Origin: Eledone cirrhosa
Lineage: Eukaryota
Assembly (NCBI GenBank): GCA_964016885.1
Contig: OZ024740.1
Location: forward strand, 170,748,001 to 170,812,000
DNA: 64,000 bases
Reading direction: 5' to 3'
The notes beneath the pieces were generated by a model. It was not told where the DNA came from, ran no database searches, and was given only the letters and a program-made list of their open reading frames with translations. Positions 57,636 through 64,000 of the stretch are shown here, one piece after another; the first letter of the stretch is position 1, and every line of letters begins with the position of its first letter. The position numbers and the translations under genes were made by a program.

Positions 57636-60195
57636 AATAAACCTTTCAAGGATTTACACAAGTCCAGCCTCCTGTCATTTCATTATAATATTTAACTCCG
57701 TACTAGCACCACCAACTACAAAAACAAAGACGGTTGAACTGCTTTACGTTGAGTACTCTCCATATTATTACATTAAGATTGACCATACGGAATTGACCAG
57801 CTCTATCCAGTGGTGAACCTCAAACCTGAATAAATAATGCTCCTGAAATGTTGAGCACTTCCAAATGTAATAATGAACAGCGGCAAAGGACTGAATATAT
57901 CTAACCACCATTTGGATTTTGGCTACTCGGTGTTTTTGCCTACCGCCCACCTGGCCCATTGCTACTTCCCTCTCAGAATATTCAGACTTCGACGAAATTC
58001 TACGGATTATACCACAACATGTATTGTACTGTACTGTATTGACTAAATTCGCTACCCTATACTTCAGGGCCTGTGTAACTCACACTGAAATCTCAGACTC
58101 GAACACACACTGATTCCATTTCCAGATCTATATGTATTAACTGACTGCAACTTGAACTATATTGTATTTCTCCTGTGTTTTGATCTCTCCATTTACTCCA
58201 CCACCACTCTTGTTTGTTTATTTATATTTTTATATCTTTCTACCTTTGCTGTATTAATGCTTTTCCTCGTATTCTACTTCTATACATCCATGTACTTTTT
58301 ACTCCTCTTATTTGGACTTTTACTCGCGTGTACCCATTAGCACACGACACTAGAATGTCTCCCCCTGGGAACATAAATACTGCAACCTGAACTATATTGT
58401 ATTTCTCCTATGTCTTGATTTCTCCATCTTACTCCACCACCACTCTTGTTGGTTTATTTATATATTTATACCTTTGCTTTATTAATGTGCTTTTCCACGT
58501 ATTCTACTTCTATGTGTCCATGTATTTCTACTCCTCTTATTGGGACTTTTACTCACTTGTACCCATTAGCACACGACACTAGAATGTTTCCCCCTGAGAC
58601 CAAAAATAAATATTACCCGACTATATCCCTTACTCTACATCCCACTAGGATAACTTATAGAGGATCTATATAATACAATTAACGTTTCTTCATAAAAGAC
58701 TCTCTTTAACTAAAACCCGCAACCCAAAACCTTAAAAACGTTTTTTAAATGTTTAATTTTCAATTTTCTAATTGTTCAATTCTCAATCTTCTTACTCTTT
58801 AATTTTATAATGTTATTCTGAATTCTTTCAACTTCATCTATAAATCTAAACAATATTTTAACGTTCCAGCTTTCTGTCGGACTGTTGGGTTGGTTTTCAT
58901 GGCGGCGGGACCGGCCCCCTGGCGCATAGGCCTACCTTGAGTGCTTGGAAAAATAAATTTCCCCTGCTTTCGGTAAATGAAACTACTCGGAGTGGTTTGA
59001 TTCGCCCCGGGGGCCCGGCGCGCAGCAGGTTTTTTGACCGCCATATAGTACCTTTAAATTACAGATCTAATCATAACTATTAGATGTATCACGCCTCCCT
59101 CTACTTAAGCAAATCCCCCTCCTGGGTAAAGGAATAGTACTAGTTTTGTACAAGGATGGCTTAACGATGCGGGCTGACTTCCTGCTGGCGCAACTGAAGC
59201 CTGTTATACATTCCTAGAGTGCTCGGATAAATCGATTTCCATATCTTTCGCTAGGCGATATCACTCGGAGAGATGGGCTGCCCAAGCTTGTAGTCGCCGC
59301 ATGCTGTTTGACGGCTAAACAAAGACAATCTTTACTCTATAATAAAACTTAAGTGTCTTCATAAAAGACTCTTTCTTTGCCTAAACCTCGCAACCTTAAA
59401 AATGTTAAACTGTTTAACTTTCAATTTTCTAATTTCTTTAATTTTATAATGTTAATATTAAATATAAATTTTTTAACTTCATCCTATAAGTCTAAACAAA
59501 AATGTAACGTTCCAATCTTCTGCTCACACATTATAACACACTGACCCCCACTATATTTACCTCTGCTAAGACACGGGTCCCTTTGAAAATATTTTTTTCG
59601 CGCCATTCCTGGCCTGACTAGTCTGACATTAATATCGACCTCTCCTCCTCTTTCTTTCTATCTTTCTTCTTGTAGCCATTACCCCTGACTTTTCTTCTTC
59701 TTCCTTTTCTCTTTCTCTTTCACCCTACTTTCTGTCTTTCTCCTTGTGGCATGATATTAACGCTGAATTATCTCCCAACCCCTCTTTGTTTGCCTATATT
59801 TAACCGGTAGTAGTTGTTAAGATACGGGTCCCTTAGAATAATTTTTTCCGCGACATTCCTGGCCTGACTGTAATACCGACCTTTCCTCCTCTTTCTTTCT
59901 GTCTTTCTTCTTATAGCTGACATTAACCCTGGCTTCTCGTCTTCTTCCTTCCCCCTTCTTCTCTCTTCTTTCTTTCTTTCTTTTTTCTTGTGACATGATA
60001 TTAACGCTGACTTATGTTCCTATCCCTTTCTGTTTTCCTTTATTCGACCGATGTAGCACACTGTAGGCTTTAGACACGTCACTCGAGGGCGACCGATAGT
60101 AGCAATGGTAGAAGATGCTGGATGGCGGTCGTCCTCGGGTCTTTGATTTTCAGCCCCATGGATTTTATCTATTACATTCACGTATTATATTTCGA

Positions 60196-60253
60196 ATACC
60201 TGATGATATCACCGGATTCATACGGAACCCGGTCATTGAAATGATCATAGTAT
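60196..60253 (+). ncRNA. Type I hammerhead ribozyme (right repeat)
   Basis: atac-CTGATGA-tatcaccggattcatacggaacccggtcatt-GAAA-tgatca-TA-gtat; stem II accgg/ccggt. Confidence 0.8.
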
Positions 60254-60299
60254 AATAAACCTTTCAAGGATTTACACAAGTCCAGCCTCCTGTCATTTC

Positions 60300-60400
<101 letters not shown>

Positions 60401-60764
60401 TAATTACACACACATATATGTATATATATATTCATACACACATACGCATACAGACATACACACACATGACGCTTGTGCTCAAATTTGATCATTTTTATGA
60501 AGGAGTTTTCCTATTTCCTTATTAATTCATCGTCCATAATTTCCTACCACTCTTATGGTATTTTACGACAATGACTAAGCACCTGACCAATAGGCCATTA
60601 CTATAATTATTTTCCGATTCTGAAGATGGGGATGTGCAGGCTTCCAAACGTTAATATACATATAGGTTTAGAAAAGTTATTGATCAAAACTAAGAATAAA
60701 GATACAATAATGAGACAAAAATATCCTGAATAAGAATGATCAATGTGTTCCCTGTTTATACAAA

Positions 60765-60806
<42 letters not shown>

Positions 60807-60984
60807 CTCTCTCTCTCTCTCTCTCTCTCACATACACATACACACACGCATAACACACACAATATGTGTATATATATATATAACCGGGTGAACATTCATC
60901 AAGTATAGAGCTTCCTATACCAATGATAAAGTTAGATAAGATCTTTATACAATACTTGAGGCATCCAATTTGAATTTAAAGCAG

Positions 60985-61029
<45 letters not shown>

Positions 61030-61129
61030 TCGCATATATGTATATACATATATACATAAATGGAAAAAATGAAATTTCATTTCTCACTGTTAGTCCGGTT
61101 GATACTTGAATATAAGTATGTATACGTAC

Positions 61130-61465
61130 ATGAAGGCTGCCAACTCGTTTTCGAGTACGGCCACTACTTCATATCCATGCAGGAGAACCCCTACCGATGC
61201 GCTGAACGAGTGTGGCTTTTTAGTCTAGCCAGCGACTTGAAAACTCTGGTACAAACACTACACTTGTGACAATTATTGACACCTAGTGCTGGGCCCATGG
61301 CACCATGTGACCCAAGGTGTCGTGTGAGATCACTACTCGACCTGCATACCCTTCCACAAACATCCCATGTCGTCGTTTGATGAATACTTATAGCTCCACA
61401 GGTGCCTGCTTCCCTGTTCTTGTGCACTCTCAGGTGACTCTTTAGACCTGAGAGAAAGGTCATGG
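61130..61465 (-). mobile_element. 3' end of an RTE-like LINE encoding C2H2 zinc fingers
   Basis: ORF ...VCGRVCRSSSDLTRHLGSH...HKCSVCTRVFKSLARLKSHTRSAHR*; tail shared with the 23833 and 36661 repeats. Confidence 0.7.
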
Positions 61466-62131
61466 TGGGAATGCCCTTGATTATATGTTTGTTCGCTTAG
61501 GGCTGGCCTTAGGCTAAACAACAACAACAACAACTCAAATATCCGTATTTTCCTTTTATGCTTATGGTATTATAGAAAAAAAAATACGAAATTCCCCTCA
61601 AGATGCCAGTCAGCATTCACTTCCATATGCTTGTCTAAATTCACCTACAGATGCTATTCAAATACGCTATTTATGCCCTTCAGAAGAGACATCAGCATTT
61701 AAATATTATTCACATTATTGAATAATAGCAGAAAGTGAAACTGCAGACATTATTTTAATTCAACACATACAGCTAAACGTTCATATATGAAAATAGGAAA
61801 GACGTGACAAGTCGAATTTCACCGCTAGATAGTAAATGACGTGTCTTTAGATATTTTGCTATGGCAAAGCTTCAGATCATCTCATTGTCTATAAAATAAC
61901 CCGATATAAATACTCTTGAAAAGAAAAGAATATTCTGGAGAGGAATTCATCATTTCTATAATTATCTAACATATTTATTTTCTTTGAAGCTTGTCTTTTG
62001 TTTTAATTCTCTTGTTTTTTTTAATCCTACTTTAGGTAATTTGTTATATTTATTCGGCTATATTTCGTTTTTTTTGTTTGTTTGTTTGTTTTTTCATAAC
62101 ATAATCATCATTGGCATTGACATCATTTGCA

Positions 62132-62530
62132 CGGTGAGTTGGCAGTATCGGTAGGGTGTCGGACGCCATGCTTTGACGCATAGAGTTACGGCCCTTGCCA
62201 TTCTGAGTTCAAATCCCGCCGAGGTTAACTTTGCCTTTCATCCTTACGGGGTCGATAAAATAAAGTACCAGTAATGAACTGGTTAATTATTGGCCTTGTG
62301 TCAATAGTAGAAACAATTGTTATTGGCATTATCGATAGAGCATCCGACGCCATTCTGCATGGCATAGAGTTACATAGCCTTTTAAGGTCTGAGTTCAAAT
62401 CTCGCCGAGGTTAGCTTTGCCTTTCATCCTTGCAGGGTCGATAAAATAAAGTACCAGTGGCGCATTGAGGTCAATTTGATCGACTTTCCCCTCCCTCAAA
62501 TTTGCTGGCCTTGTGCCTAAATCAGAATTC
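62132..62530 (+). mobile_element. Two tandem SINE copies
   Basis: Family consensus twice; the first is nearly identical to 460-642. Confidence 0.85.
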
Positions 62531-62694
62531 ATTATTATTATCGTTATTAATGTTGTTGTTTTTGTTGTTGTTGTTGTTGTTGTTGTTCGTGGTGGTGGTG
62601 GTGGTGGTGGTGGTGGTGGTGGTGGTGGTGGTGGTTCTGCTGCTGCTGCTGTTGCTGTTATTATTATTAAAACAAACAAGTAGAAACAATTATT

Positions 62695-64000
62695 ATCATC
62701 TCTCCCCGCAAATACCCCAGTATGTGCATTCTATATTATGTTCAGACATGCTACAGGACGGCAGTTTCCCACAAAAATCTACTTACCTCTATTTTTTATT
62801 ACAAGCATTGTCCTTCCCCTTACCATCCAAGAGAGAACTGCACCTCCCTAGACAATTTCAATCAATTGAGTTGCCAGTCTTTCATGAACCGCATTCTATA
62901 TCTTATTTCTTGCGATATTTTTGCAGTTAAGGTCTCGAAGATTGTAGACAAACTATGGGCCTATAGATTTAGAGGTTTACTTGAGACGAAGATGGTTTTC
63001 CTCTTAGTAAACCAATCTGATTCCAAGCAACTCATTGAACTTTTATACAAGTACTGTATTTGTCCTTGCTAAATGTTTCAAGCAACAGTTTGGTATCTCA
63101 TCATGTCCTAGTACCTTCCACTTGTTTGTTTCTATTCAGTGTGTTAGACACTTTTTCTGCTGTGTTATCTCCCGTCAATTGTGTTTGTTGGGCAAACCAA
63201 TCCTTAGTGGGAAGATTCCCTTTCTGCCCACATTTCTTCCCAGAATTCTTCCACATCTTTTACTAGTGGGGCGACATTGACCTCTATTTTATTTCTATCA
63301 GATTCCCGGTAGAATTGTTTTGAATTAGAATGAAACTGGTGACTTTGTTCAGAGAACTGTTGGCGTTTTTCACTTCTGTGAATTCTTTGTGCATGTATCT
63401 GTTGGTCTAAGCATTGCATTCTTAGATTTCAATTATTTCCTCTTCTGTTTTTTTATAGGTTTTTATTATTTTTACTTTCTTCTCTTTTTTTAGTTGTGTA
63501 CTTCTCCCATTTCATTTATGATTGAAAGGTTTTTATCTTCTTTTCTTTCTTTTGTAGTTGTTGTTCATGTTTCTAGGAGAGGGTACGTACTGTTTTGGGA
63601 ACTACAGTGACTGCTGCGTATATTATGCCTTGTGGTATTAATCTTTCTGTTCGTGTTAATTGTGATCATGATGGCCAGGTTAGCGTTGTTGTTGTTCCTA
63701 GGGGTTTTATCTTCGGATTGGATACATTCTTTGGTCTACATCGAGAGTGTCTATTTTGTGGAACTCCTGGGTTATTTATATCTTTATCCCATTGAGCTCC
63801 TGAATTCGTCATTTCAGGTTTCTTTTCCTAAATCTTCTTCATATTTTCTTATTATTATAGATTAGTTTATTGGGCTTTGGTTTGTTGTATTTTGTTATTT
63901 ACTTTATTTGTTTTAAATATGTTAGTTCTATCTTGGTGGTTTTAGTATTTCTGTTTTTGTTAGTTGGGTTGTGTTCGTTATTTCTGTTTAATTGTGATGC
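62695..64000 (-). mobile_element. Decayed R4/Dong-like element, N-terminal RT region (runs off the window)
   Basis: QFHSNSKQFYR...VEEFWEEMW, DWFTKRKTIF, IYRPIVCL; SMSEHNIECTYWGICGE parallels SMAEHNLEGIYLNICGE near 18050. Confidence 0.7.

Noticed and set aside
60615-60656. HHR-like CTGAAGA...cAAACGTT in the palindrome arm (mirror near 55991-56030); similar relics near 11040 and 57015
   Set aside because: Essential core nucleotides are mutated; treated as relics only
61191-61463. Host C2H2 zinc-finger gene
   Set aside because: Its 3' half recurs as a dispersed repeat at 23833 and 36661, so it is a LINE tail

Overview
This is AT-rich, microsatellite-saturated eukaryotic DNA. The dominant tRNA-derived SINE and the simple-repeat density resemble octopus (coleoid cephalopod) genomes; that assignment is from recall and is unverified. 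I recognise no intact protein-coding gene, and nearly all listed ORFs are translated microsatellites. The window is a transposon graveyard: SINEs, decayed RTE, R4/Dong-like and CR1/L2-like LINEs, a hAT (Buster/Charlie-like) and a Tc1/mariner transposase relic, a MITE, non-autonomous Helitrons and Penelope-like fragments. It also holds a 5-kb (GGTGT)n array. The stand-out signal is a set of type I hammerhead ribozyme (HHR) motifs in elements bordered by (TA)n tracts; I count 16 recognisable cores, folded by eye. (i) A near-perfect 9.3 x 521-bp tandem array (49827-54677) has one HHR per unit on the minus strand and a terminal inverted partial copy, resembling a retrozyme or circular-RNA concatemer. 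(ii) A non-coding element with HHR-bearing direct repeats (57392-60310) sits in one arm of a large fold-back palindrome. (iii) Several shorter pLTR-like pieces have HHRs that share a C-C mismatch in stem II.
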